Source of the DNA: Podarcis vaucheri
Lineage: Eukaryota
NCBI GenBank assembly: GCA_965113315.1
Contig: OZ220369.1
Length of the DNA stretch: 64,000 nucleotides
Reading direction: 5' to 3' (one strand)
Within the stretch, counting starts at the first letter, position 1; the number at the start of each line of letters is the position of its first letter. The notes below the pieces were generated by a model, which saw nothing but the letters and a program-made list of their open reading frames with translations, ran no database searches and was not told the origin of the DNA. The position numbers and the translations under genes were made by a program. This document shows positions 39,001 to 52,605 of the stretch, piece by piece.

Positions 39001-42000
39001 CTTTTAGGACATCAGTGTTTAGCCCCACAGTGCACCAAGGAATTACAAAATGCTACTAATCCAGCTGGTGGGGAAATCATTGCTCTCTGTTTTGCTCATG
39101 TTGCCCTTGAATATTTGTGGGTGTTAAACTCTTAATAGAACAAAAAATAGCATGGATTATTTGGGGAGAGATATTTCAATCACTTAACTACATCACTTTC
39201 TGAGCAAATATAAAGTTTGAAAGATGTATCTTAATAGTGTACAGACTGAATTGCTTTTATATGTTTTTGTGCATGTACAGTTTCTGAAGAATTTATAATC
39301 TAGAAGTGTTTAGGACTGTTTTGTGATGGTGTTTCTGTATTTTATAACTACATGTTTAGAAAGTCTATTAATTTCTAATAGGTTTTTGAAAATGCCACTG
39401 TTTCTGAATGGATACATAATTAAATACAATAAACACACTGGAATAAAGATGAAAGGATTTCAGTTTGGGACTAAATTGCAGATTTGCTATTTATAAGCAA
39501 GGATTCTGATTCCTGCTTGATGGACTCAGGGAAGTATAACTGAGATATTGCATAATTAACTGGAATTAAATTGGTTTAACATAGCCTGCAACAACTGAAG
39601 AGTTGAGCTGTTATTTTGGAAAAGAGACGACTTTCAGTGCACCACTGGGTTTTAACACTAACTAGTGTTCTGATGTTCAAAATACCTTTACATTGTAATA
39701 TTTGCAAATTATTTGCATTGCCTGTTGTAGTGTATTAACGCTTTCCTGCCTGTTTTATGGTTGTAGCTGGAAGGTCACAATGAGGCTGTGACGCTGCAGG
39801 TCTTTGTGGGGAATGACTCTGGTCGGGTGAAACCTCATGGATTCTATCAGGCCTGCAGGGTTACAGGACGAAACACCACACCCTGCAAAGAAGTTGACAT
39901 AGAGGGTACCACCGTCATTGAGGTGGGCTTGGATCCAAACAACAACATGACCCTGGCGTAAGTCACTGTTTTTCATTGTACTATTTCTGGGTCTCTCAGT
40001 GATTCTGTAGCAGCATATTTCCTGCTTTGGATTACCTGACAATTTAAGGTCCCTTTCAGCTCTTTATGATTCTGTATCTACTCAGATCAGGCATTTTGAA
40101 TTGCAATAAAAGGCAGTAAATCTGGGAACTACTTGAATACACTTAAATTATTTCCTATACATTGGTCCCAATCTAGAGCTCTTGGGATTCTGGTCTGCAC
40201 AAAATGCATGTAAGCAGACACTTTTGTGTCAGAACGCTAATATGTACAGCATTTCAGTGCTTGTAACATCTCCTACTGCTGAAGTTAATGGGGCAGCCCC
40301 AGCTTGCCTAGAAATCTGTGAATGTGGAGGAGCCTTTCATGTACCAATACAGTGGTACCTCTGGTTACGAACTTAATTCATTCCGGAGGTCCATTCTTAA
40401 CCTGAGGCACCACTTTAGCTAATGGAGCCTCCTGTTGCTGCTGCGCCGGTGGCGTGCAATTTCTGTTCTCATCCTGAGGTAAAGTTCTTAACCCGAGGTA
40501 CTAATTCCAGGTTAGTGGAGTCTGTAACCCAAAGTGTTTGTAACCCAAGGTACCACTGTACATCTTAACAGTTGAATTGGACTACTTACCAGCATGTTGG
40601 ATGCTAAAAGATAGGCAGTCTGCTCCCTCCTTTGCTTAGGCTGACACATTGTATACAATGAAAACTTTTAAGACGATGTATATAAATATAATGTTTATAA
40701 AGCATTTTAGATACGTGGAAATAAGATGAAGAGAATACAAGGCATATTATTCTGAACTCTTAGATCCTTCTTTTTAAAAACGACAACAAATAACTGATTG
40801 GCAAAAGTGACATTGTAGAGACTCTTCTGGAAAATGCAGCTCTCCCCACTTTTCAATGTCTTGTGGGGTGTTTTTCTTTTGACAGCTGTAAGACAAGGTA
40901 GGTGGAAGGCAGAACTAAAGTATGCCTCTCCAGTTAACACTGTGAAAGCTGCCAGTGAACTGGTGGCAAGGCTAGGTGAATGCATCAGCTGTGCTCTTGT
41001 CAAAATGCTCTTAACTGGGCTGCTATCTGAAACTAGCAGAGTTTTGTAAGATGAAGTGCTCTCACAGTGCTGGCTCAGTAGCGGTGACTCTGCTGATGAA
41101 ATAAACAATGCTGTCTTTCAGTGAGCACAAAGCTCTTATAAACTATCTGCCATGTGGAGCTTTATGTGTGTGCACTAGGAAGTTTTGTATTGCTTGTGAC
41201 TTGGCCAATCTCAGCTTCCATAATGGGATCTGTATTTTGACTCCCTCCTTAAAATGGATCAACTTTTTAATTTAAAAGCTATTGTGGTCTATTGATGGGA
41301 TATAATAGTGTACTAAGATGAGACCAGATCATTCCTCACCTGTTGGTCCATGTAGCTGGTTTTGAGCTAGGCCTCATCTGTTGAATTGTCTGAAGTGGGA
41401 AGAATTGAGACCTATATTACATGATCCTTTTTGTGAAGACCAGTTAGTTAAAGATTTGCCATTTCCTGCTTTGATCATGGGTAGGGCTGAATGGGGGGGC
41501 AGTATCAATGAATAAACCTGCAGTTTAAACTCCATGTTTATTTTGACATAGCTGCTGTGGCCCATAGACTAGAGGCAGGTGACACAAAATTTTTGTCCAA
41601 TTCGATTCACATGTCAGTGCAAAGCATTTTCCCCCTTTTTGCTTGGGCTTTTGGCCCTTAGTTTGAAGGATTTCTGGCCTCTTGTGGATGGGGGGCAGGA
41701 TCTGGACCTGTCTTTTATTTGTATAGATGTGAGTTTTTTTATTGATGTGATTATTTTTATTGGTTTAGTATTTCTGTTCATGTTCACTTTGAGCCATTTT
41801 AATGAGTAAAGTGACTAATAAATATTATTAATAATAATGTCGGCGTCATAGTGTAGCTTGAATTTTTTCAAGTATCTGGTGAATAAGAAGTACAGCAGCT
41901 TTGTACTTCCCTCTACAGCATTTGAAATAAATTTTCTGTGGCCATCTTTCTCCTTACTGGGTGGGGGAGTTGGGTGGGGAAAATGCAGAATGGATATTCT

Positions 42001-45000
42001 GGGAACCAGAGAGAATAATTTGAATTGAAAAACTTTTTCGCTTCAATGATGAACTGATTTCTTAGTTCATTGTTTTCTCTGTTTGCTTTATGCAAGCGAG
42101 AGATGCAAAAGAGTCTCAGAATAGTGACTGGTTGCTCTAGTGATGAGCACTCAGCCAGCCAGCATAATTGGGTTGTCCAGATTCATTGCTCTTCCTTGTC
42201 TGCCACCAAATCTGATCTGTGAGCTACTGATGCCTCAGCTGAATCTGAAGTGCTACTGCCATCTTTTGCTTTTCTGTAAAGATGCTATTTTCCCCTCTGG
42301 TATATTTGAATGCATTAGCCAACTCTCTCTGAATATTTAGGATGAATGCATTTTATAACAAATGTTATGGGGAGGTAGCATTTAGGTGGTTATTTTAGTT
42401 TCTGAAAAAAGATATTTTGGAAGTATTTGGCCATAATACAAATTGCTTATTTTGGCCATTGCTGAGGATTCTTGGGTCATGGCTCTTGTTTTTATTTGTG
42501 CCAGTTGCATGACAAAGCTTAAAATTATTTCTATTTTCAAACTATTGTACCAAAGAAATTTGTGTATAGGTTTAAGAACCGACCTGCAGCTGTTCTTTGT
42601 TAGAGGCACATTGCATGGAAGCCAAATAAACTTTGCCTAAAGCAGCCTCTTTTGGATTTCACACTTCCGTAGTTAAGATTATTTTTTTAAAAAAATAAAA
42701 ATGTATATCACCCTTCAGCCAAAGATTACAGGGCAGTTCGCAGCATAAAAATAGAAATTGAAAACACAAAATACATAATAAAAACAAAAACAAAAAACCA
42801 ATATCCCCCTTCTCAGAAACACATTTAAAAGAACATTTTAGCTACATTGAATAATATGCAAAGTGATTGCTTGCCATCCTCTCAACACACCTAGTAGGCA
42901 AGCTGCTGTGCCCCCTTTTTATGGGAGAGGTGGAGAGAGACTGAAAATGAATTTCCCAAGGCCAGCACGTGACTGTTTGCCTTAGCAGAGGTATTAGCAC
43001 ACACCCCTCTCCAATTTAAGGATTGCTCTTTTGACAGTAGCTGTTGCTGCAGAGCTTGGAGGTGAGGGAGCTTTTTGTGGCTGCTTCCATCATCTTTGCA
43101 GCTGTAGAGGCACATGCATCTGTAGTGTTTATATGGGCAACTCTCGCTTGGGTTAAATACCCATGTGCCTGGAGACCTAGGAAGCTTGCAGTTTTACATA
43201 CCTTGGCAAAACTTAAGTGGCCTCTTTGAAAGCAAGTTGGGTAGGTAACTTTAATCTTGTGTTGCTAGGGTGGACTGTGTTGGAATACTGAAACTGAGAA
43301 ATGCAGATGTTGAAGCTCGAATAGGCATCGCTGGCTCCAAGAAAAAAAGCACTCGGGCCAGGCTGGTGTTCCGTGTTAACATCACTCGGAAGGATGGTTC
43401 CATTCTGACCCTGCAGACGCCGTCCTCACCAATTCTGTGCAGTAAGTTGTAAAGTCAAACTCTGAGTCCCATCTTGCTGGGGCTTTGGGTCTCCTGTTAA
43501 TTCAGTTGCCCTGCATTTCATTTTCTGCTTTAATAACAAAATAGAATGAACAACCTAAATAAACCAAATAAATTGCCTAGACCTTAGCTTTCATGTGTGT
43601 CTGTGTTGCTAGGAGTCCTCATGCTGCTTTAAATGAAATTACTTTTTCTGTGTAGGGTTATAGCATATCTAATTGGTTCCCTCATTGATCTATTTTCAGT
43701 GTTAACCAAAACTTGGGTGTAGGGGATCTGGCCTACATCCAAATTAACAGTGTGCCCTGTCAATCCACCAAGCAGTGCACATAGTTGGAATAGGAGTGTG
43801 GCATGTATCATAGGACTTTGGCAAAGGAAAATTACTGTTTCTAGCCTGAGATAGCCTGCTTCTGTGGTTTGAATTATTTGTTGCTGGCTTGAGGCTTAAA
43901 ACTACAGTTGTGTTTAAAATGCCAACTTTTTGCATCTGGGCAAAATGACTAACTTTTGTGTAATATTGATATAAAGCTTATTTGTATTTGGAAACTTGCT
44001 GAAGACTGTATGTACATGTCCAGCCAATTGTTACGGACCTTGTTGTGAGACAAATTTTAAAGGCCTCTAAGATGTTGTATATGACAGTTGGTTGATTTTT
44101 GAAACTCCTTGCACTAGCCCATTTATAAAAGAGAGAACTAGTGTTATTTTACTTCAGTATTACCTAGGGGGGGAATGCTATGATGAACACATTCTAGTAG
44201 ACTACAGTCATGTGCCAATTCCTAGGAGAGTTGCGCTGTGCTTTTCTCTGATGAATTAAAGGATGGGCATGCTTTGCTACACCCAAGCAGAATTGCTGTA
44301 AGTTCTGCTTTCCTATATGCCAGGCAAGCCAAATGACCAGTTCCAGAATGAGACCTTGGGAGATGATGCCAACTTTTCACATGTTGTCAGTTAAACCACT
44401 TAGAAGCCCATTTTGGCATTAAGTTGCAGGTGTGGGGGTGTATATAATAAATATCCCTTCTCTTTTTCAATTTGTAGCTCAGCCAGCTGGTGTACCAGAG
44501 ATTCTAAAGAAAAGCCTGCACAGTTGTTCTGTGAAGGGAGAAGAGGAAGTCTTTTTAATTGGCAAGAACTTTCTGAAGGGAACAAAAGTGATCTTTCAAG
44601 AGAATATGTCTGGTGAGAACTATACATACATACTCAGGCTGAGAATGGAGGTGAGGGGTGGGGAGACCATTGTGGGTGGAGTTGGGCTAATGACTGCCTC
44701 TGCAGGTAGCCAAGGAGGTAGGTGGTTCCTGTGACCAGCTTCCCTGACAATGAATAAACTTAGCTGAGCTTGTGCAGTAATTCTACTCTCTTTTGCTTTC
44801 AAACAGATGAAAACTCTTGGAAAGCGGAAGCAGAAATTGACATGGAGCTGTTTCATCAGGTACATGCTTTTTAAAAATGCACAGAAATCCAGATATAAAA
44901 TCTTCCTTGTTCATAGTTGGGATACAGTTGTTCATTTATGTCTGAGGAATTGCTAAAGAATTTTTCCTCTTATCATATATTTGGAAGGGAGGATTTAGAA

Positions 45001-48000
45001 AGCATATATGAAGTTGAAATACGAGTTCCAAGCACTTTATGCCCAAGTTTAAAAAGGTAAATTTGCTACAAAAGCTGCCTTCATGTGGCTTATTTTTTTG
45101 TCAAACAATCATATGACCAACAAACTGGATCAATCTTTGACATAAATAGTATCTGGCTGGGTCACCTTTTTGTGTGTGTACAAATAGTTTGCACAAAGTT
45201 GTCATTTCTTCTCTTACTCCCTACTCCTTAAACCCGAGATGCAAGACTGTGGTACATTTCACATTTTTTCACAACCTAAGCAGTCTCTCCTCTTTTGTGT
45301 AGTGGTAGCCATTGCAGCCTTTAAGCATAGAGATTATGTGAGTGAGCACTATACAGTGGTGCCTCGCAAGACGAAAAGAATTCGTTCCGCGAGTCTTTTC
45401 GTCTTGCGATGTTTTTCGTCTTGCGAAGCACGGTCCGTCTCAACTGCGCCTCTTCAAGCAGCTTTAAAAAAAAAGCGCAAGACTTTTTCGTCTTGCGAAG
45501 CAAGCCCATAGGGAAATTTGTCTAGCGAAGCAACGCAAAACCGAAAAACCCTTTCATCTAGCGAGTTTTTCGTCTTGCGGGACACCACTGTACTTGTTCT
45601 GTTTATCAGGGCAATTTCTTTCTTCAATTCACGCCTCTGCCCTGCTTGTGAGATACAGAACAGCAAAGGTTCCTGTGCAAGCAGCAATCAGTCATTCCTC
45701 TTCTAGGTGTGCTGACCCTCATTTTGGAAGTAGGATGATCAAAAATTGGCTTTTGTGCAGCTGCTACCATAAGGACTGCCATAAATAATGGTTAACTCTC
45801 TTCTAGTCTTCTAATGATGGGAATCCAAACCCAAATCCATTGTTGCACTAGGGTTAAATATGCATTAATTATCTCTTCCTTCAAGACATCTTACTGTCAC
45901 CAAAACATTTTGAATCTGTAAAGTTAGAATCTTAATATCTTCTCTCCTTTTACAATGCTACTTTATGGATTCAAAATGATTTGGTGATGATCATTTCTTG
46001 AATTAATGGAGGATAAGCCTATCAATGGGTACCACCTATGATGGGTGTTTACTTCTTTCACTATCAGAGGCAGTATGCCTCTTGACTACCAGTTGTTGGA
46101 GAAGGTGGTTGGTGAAAGTACTGTTTCTTTTATTTAGTTAGAAAATTTACAAATTGCTTGATCAAAGTTTTTTCCAGGTGGTATACAAATAAAATTATAT
46201 ATAAAGTATGGTTAATATCCACAAACCAATAAAAACAAATATACATAATACCATCATTAATTAAAAACAAAGATAAAATTGTTGAAACTTTTTTTTTTAA
46301 AAAAAGGTAACCATATAACATGTTTTTTGTGCTCATGCCCTGCTTCCCATGGAGGCATCTGATTGGCCACTGTGAGAACAGGCTGCTGGACTAGTTGAGT
46401 CAATGTCTGATCCAGCAAGGTGGTGATTATGTTTTTAAGAATCTAGGGTAAATACAGTTGAGAGTAGAAAAATATCTAGAGCAACCTTTCTCAACCTTGG
46501 GTCCCCAGATGTTGTTTGACTACAACTCCCATCATCCCTAGCTACCAGGACCAAACAGACCAAGTTACTATTAATTATTTCTATAAGATTCTGTGATGAT
46601 AAAGTACCCAAATAAAGATATCATTACTTTTCTATTTTGCATATATGTCATATGCTATTTACTACTTAAAAACAGAATATTTCTGTTTTCCCAATATTTC
46701 TGGCTATGATTTAATTTTATAACCTGCTGTTATCATGGATCATAAATTGAGCTTAGGTTTTTGTTGGGTGAGGAAATTATTTCAGATTTAGTCACAAATA
46801 ATGCAGATAAACTGCTGGGTATTATGTCTCCCTCCCCATCCCCAGCAAAGTTATCTATAGAATTTCATATCACAATATGTGGTAATGGCTGTCAACTTTG
46901 ACAGCTTTAAAAGGAGGCTAGACAAATTAATGGAGAATAAGGTTATTTGTGGCTACATACTACCTCTGGTTTGCTTCTGAATACTACTAGTTGCTGCTGA
47001 ACCTCAAGATCATCTCTGCCACTGCACAACCTAAGTCCCTGACTGGCATTTTGGTGGATGAGCAGTGGAAGCTATAGCAAAGCAAAACAAGGAAACAGTG
47101 ACTTGCTGTTTATGTGCAGGTTTTCTGAAATTAAGAAGCCTGTAATAGCAGAGATAGGAAGATTATGTTGAGTAAAGACTTTTCTCCTGTGTGCTCTCGC
47201 TACTGATAGGTATGTTCAAGAGATTCAGCTTTACAATTTGTAGCTGGGTAGATTTCCCAGCAGATCCTTGGTACCTCCAATGCAATCTTTACTTCTTATG
47301 ATTAGGTCTTGTAGTGTTAGTCTGTGAAGATATAAGTTGGTAAGGTGTCTGCTCTAACAAACTTCTTTTTTTTGGATTTAGAATCATCTAATTGTGAAGG
47401 TGCCGCCATATCACGACCAGCAAATAACTGCCCCGGTTTCTGTGGGGATCTATGTGGTGACCAATGCTGGAAGATCACATGACATACAGCCATTTACTTA
47501 CACTCCTGATACATGTATGTTGAAAATGATGAAGCTGTAGAGATGGCCCTTGGCAAATACTTCTGCACAGTTTTTCTTGTATTTAATTGTTATATCTTTG
47601 GAAGAGGCTGAGGAAGAAAGCAAGACTGTTGGGTGGGCAACACCTCTTGCACTGCTTGACCTGATAGCTGCACACCAGGGACTTGCTCTCATTCTTTGAA
47701 GAGAGCCTGTCTCTCTGAAGCTTGAAGGGTTTATGGGAGGAAGATGAGTTTGGGGCTACACCGTATTACAAAGATCTGAGTTAAGGTCTCCCCCACCACT
47801 GCGCACATGAAAATAGAGATAAACTTTTAAAATGTACCTTTCACCTTACGGGGGAACACTTTGCTTTACATCTGTTCTGAAAGTCAGCAGTGTCTTTTGC
47901 ATTTGCAGCTGGTACTCTGAATGTGAACGTGAAGCAGGAAATACCCAGTCCAACCCAGCCTTGCTCTTTTGATGATGCTATCAAAGGTATCTAATTCTTA

Positions 48001-51000
48001 GCAGTGGTATTAATCTCTTTGAGTTCTAACTTACAACAATTTTCTGCAGACCTTTCAGAGAGATTTTCGTAAGAGCTTTATTGTGATCACAAATTAAGAG
48101 TGTAGTCCTTTGCATGTCAATTCAGAAGTAAGTCGCTTTGAGCTCAGAGGGGCTTACTCTTAAGTAAGTGTGCATATGATTGCAGCCTAAGACTCCTGGT
48201 CGCAGAGACAGTGTGGTGTAGTGGTTAAGAGCGGTAGTCACGTAATCTGGGAAACCGGGTTCGTGTCTCCGCTCCTCCACATGCAGCTGCTGGGTGACCT
48301 TGGGCCAGTCACACTTCTGTGAAGTCTCTCAGCCCCACTCACCTCACAGAGTGTTTGTTGTAGGGGAGGAAGGGAAAGGAGAATGTTAGCCGCTTTGAGA
48401 CTCCTGAAGGGGAGTGAAAGGCGGGATATCAAATCCAAACTCTTCTTCTTCTTCTTCAGTGGTATATGCTGGGGCTTTAATCTTGCAATTACTCTAGTGT
48501 TGCTGTTTCTAATACATATTAATTCCACAAGTGGTTAAAAGTCCTGACTAAACATGAAGTTAGTGCAGATAACTTGCTAAACTGTTTCATGAAAATGTTG
48601 ACATAAGAGTTGTATTGCTAGTGCAAAGCTCACCACTCAAATAAAAATAGAGACTAAATTATTCATAGTACTTGCTTTGCAGTTGTCTTTACTACTCTGT
48701 GTGTACTATAGTGGCAGGCCCTATTGGTTTGTGTGCTCTTACTAAGTGAATTGTTTGCTGAAGCTAATTAAGTTTCAGAAGCTGCTCAAGAGCATGTGTT
48801 TTTGAAGCAAAGCAGCATAAATAGTAAGGTCATGAGTTTGTCAGGCTTCCAGGGCTGCAGCTGGAAAAGATTCAGCATAGCTGTTCTGGAATGTTTCCAA
48901 CTCACTAGGAACAGGAGATGTTCTCATACATTCACTGATTATTTGTCGATTTAGCTCAGCAGTTTCTACATTGATGGGCAGCAGTTCTTCAGAGTCACAG
49001 ACGGGATTCTTTCCCAGTCCTACCTAGAAATGGTGGGGATTAGACCTGGGACCTTCTGCATGCAGAGCAGCTACCATTGAATTTATGACACTTCTCTAAT
49101 CTTGGCTTCAATTTTGCATTTGAGTGTTTCCCATTCGGCTTGTTGTATGTGTAGGGCATATTCGTTCTTTCTCCAGAACTAATTTATGTGTTGACCAGTA
49201 TAATTGTGTGACTTGGCCTACATGAAGTGTGTGATGATAAATGTGGCAGTGTTGTACTTAGTTTGTTCTTCATTATGCTTTGAGTCAAATATTTCACCCA
49301 CTTTTCTGTGTGCAGGATTATGTTTTTGATCCCAATTCATCCCTTCTCCTTTCCTTGTATCAGCCTGGAATTCTTGCAGTTAATTACATATGCTTCATCA
49401 GTCACAGTGAAATGCTGATGCCATTTGGCTCAAACAACTGGTGCTCATCACTTGCAGGCTTGTACAAGTTGTTTGTTGGATTATTTCCATAGAAAACTAT
49501 TCTTCAGCTGATAAAAGACACTTGCAAATTACTGCTATTTCCTTCATGCCCTTATTTTACTACTTTCACCTTTACTTAAAACCCTTAAAATAAGCAAGAA
49601 GTTGAACATTTGATGTGTTCTGGCAAAAGCTGATGCAATTTGAAAGAACAGAATGGGGAAACTTGGTGGCTTGCAAATGGATGGACATCAGAGATCAGGG
49701 TGATTTTTCCTGTAATAACAACTTTATGGCTCTTCAGAAGATGAGCTGTCGTTCAGTGGTAGACCATCTGATTTGTATACAGAAGGTCCCAGTTTCAATC
49801 CTTGTCACCTCTAGGTAGCGCTTGGAAAGTTTACTGTCTGAAACCCTGGAAAACCATTAGTAAAGCTAAAGTACTGTAGATGGACTAATGGTCTCACTCT
49901 GTATAAGGCAACTTCCTAGATCCCTGTTTGGTAAGGAGAGCTGAAAGCATCAAGATTACTCTTTCCATCAAATTGCTCACAAAACAATCTTGTAGCATCT
50001 TAAAGATGAACACACTTACTGTGGAATAATGGGCTTGAGATCACTTTGTCAAATGTGAGTTGCCACATGGCCTTGTATTTGTTGTAGCATACTAGTATAG
50101 TCCTTGCCATATAGGGACTTATTTTACCAGATAGATTACCCTCTCTGTGGCAGTGCTATGTATTCAGATGCTTGTTGCTGTTTACAACCTAATTTCTGGA
50201 GAGTGGAGGGGTAGCCCTAGCAACCAGTCCTCTTATTCTCAGCCCCTGTGGCTATCCTTCAGGACACCAGTTAAGACTGTGTTTGTTCTCTGCTGCAGTG
50301 AACACCAGTGGCTGTAACATGGACAAGGTAAATATTCTTCCCAGTGCCTTGATAACGCCACTCAGGCCAAACAGTGTGATCAAGAGTGAAGAGGCTGCTC
50401 CCATGGCACTTACAGCTGAAAAAAGGGCTCCTCCAGTCTTTAAGGTAAGTGGTGGCATAGAGAGCTGGTGATTGGGGGGGGGTTCTGTAAAACTTTTATT
50501 TGACAAAACTTTTATTAAAAGATCAACTCTACCCCTCAAGTTAATGATCTTTCAGACACGAGCTTTCCTCTTCCCACTGCTCTCTGAGCCCAAGAGTGTC
50601 TGGATTATCATTTTGCTAAATGCATACCATGCTGAGTGCTGAATGGTTGGTAAAACAGCATCCACCACAGCCTTCTTTTGCAGCCTAACTTGTTGCAGCT
50701 GAAACAAGATGTGGTGTGGGTCTTCCATTGAGTGCTTTGCTTTGATGTTGAACCAGTCAATTTCAACCTTTCTGACAAAGATAATCAGATTCCTGATTCA
50801 GGGATTTGATATCTTTTTCTTGGGCTCTCTTGATTTTATTGTGATCAACTACAAATCTGTGGTGAGCTGTGGTGAGCTGGTCAACAGCATATCTAATGCC
50901 CTGCATAGCAAAATTATTTATTTCTAATATGTTGTACTCTGTCTTTTTATTCAAAGTGGAAGGTGTACTTGATTTTTCTATTGCCAGTTCATAATTTCCA

Positions 51001-52287
51001 TCATTTCCACCTTGGCTATTATTCATTTCTATCAGCCCAAAAAATTATTTCATTTGATGGTATTGAAGCATCCTGCTTACTTCTCTGCTTATATTTAGTA
51101 AGCCGCCTTCTTGCTGCTTGTGCTTTTTAAATTGTCCATTATGTGGGGTCATATATAACTGCAAGTACTTGGCAATCATTTTTTATGATATTCAATTTTA
51201 CACACATTTTTACATATTTTTATAAGAAGCTAAAAATTATTGGAAGTTGTACAAAAACAAAAGGTCAATATTTTATGTAGTTAGTTGCCAAGTAAAACTA
51301 AATCATATTAATTTAATCAAAATATCTTTTGAATTTCCAAGTCATTTTACAACTTTTTAGCACCCCTCATTTTTGGAATTTGTAAGTTGAAAAATTCAAC
51401 ATGCCTTAATGGGATAGGGATCCAATGTTGCAGTTGGTGTGGTTTAAATGTTAAACAGTTTTCAGAGTGTTGTTTCATTGAGGCACCATGCAAGCTTATG
51501 ATTGTTCTGTCTTATTACTGTGTGCTTTTCCCCTCAGGCAACAAGTGTAGTTGGACCACCCCAAGCCACATTGGAAACCAACATGTCCAGTATATTGGGC
51601 AATGGCACTTTCTCCTCTTCTGCTTCTCACTTAGCACCAGAGAGTGAAAATCAGCAGCTGCAGCCAAAGGTATATACTCCAGAGGCAATGCCCTCCCTCC
51701 AGGCACAGGACCTTGCCCAGCCTGGCAGCTTCCCTGCAGGTTCTGGTCCCAATCAGCTGCAAAACAGTGACACCTTGTTGCAGCAGGCATCCCAGTTCCC
51801 CACCAGGGAGTCCCAGCCGAGAGAGGTGTTGCAGCCAGACAGTGCAGTCATGACTTTGTCTCAGTTGACAGAGGTGTCCCAGCAGCAGTCACCACTCCAG
51901 GAATCAGCACAAGTGTTGCAGCAGCAGATGTCGTCAAACCTTTTCTCATCGGCCAGCAGTGTGAGTCAGCTGCAGAACACAATTCAACAACTGCAAGCAG
52001 GGAACTTTCAGTCTAGCACTGCCAGCAGCAACCATGGAAGTGTAGATTTGGTCCAGCAGGTCCTGGAAGCCCAGCAGCAGCTGTCCTCTGTCTTGTTCTC
52101 TGGGTCTGACAATGAGGATGTTCAAGAGCAAATCAATGTAGAGATTTTTCAGCAGGTTAGCCAGATCCAAAATGGAGTCAGCCAAGGGATGTTTTCCTCC
52201 TCTGACACTGTCCATTCAAGGGCTGAGGACCTTCTCTCTGGGAGAAGTGAGAATGTCCATCCACAACCTGAAAGTTCTTTGTCCAGC

Positions 52288-52328
<41 letters not shown>

Positions 52329-52571
52329 AGCAATGGAGACTTCTGCAGCTATGGTGATTGAGATTCAGCAAGGCCTCTGCCAGGCAGCAAGTCAGATGCA
52401 GTCTGACATGTTCTCAACCTCCTCTTCGGGAAATAGAAACATCCAGCAGTCCCCAGTGTACCAACAAACTTCTCACCTGATGGGTGCACTGACAACAAAT
52501 GAAGACATACAGATGCAGTGTGAGCTATTCTCACCCACCAGTGTTTCTGGTAATGAAGCTGGTACTCCATC

Positions 52572-52605
<34 letters not shown>

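Noticed and set aside
45354-45590. CRISPR-like spaced repeats
   Set aside because: The repeats are ~13-nt internal copies of the TIR in a TA-flanked MITE in eukaryotic DNA; spacing is irregular and there are no cas genes.
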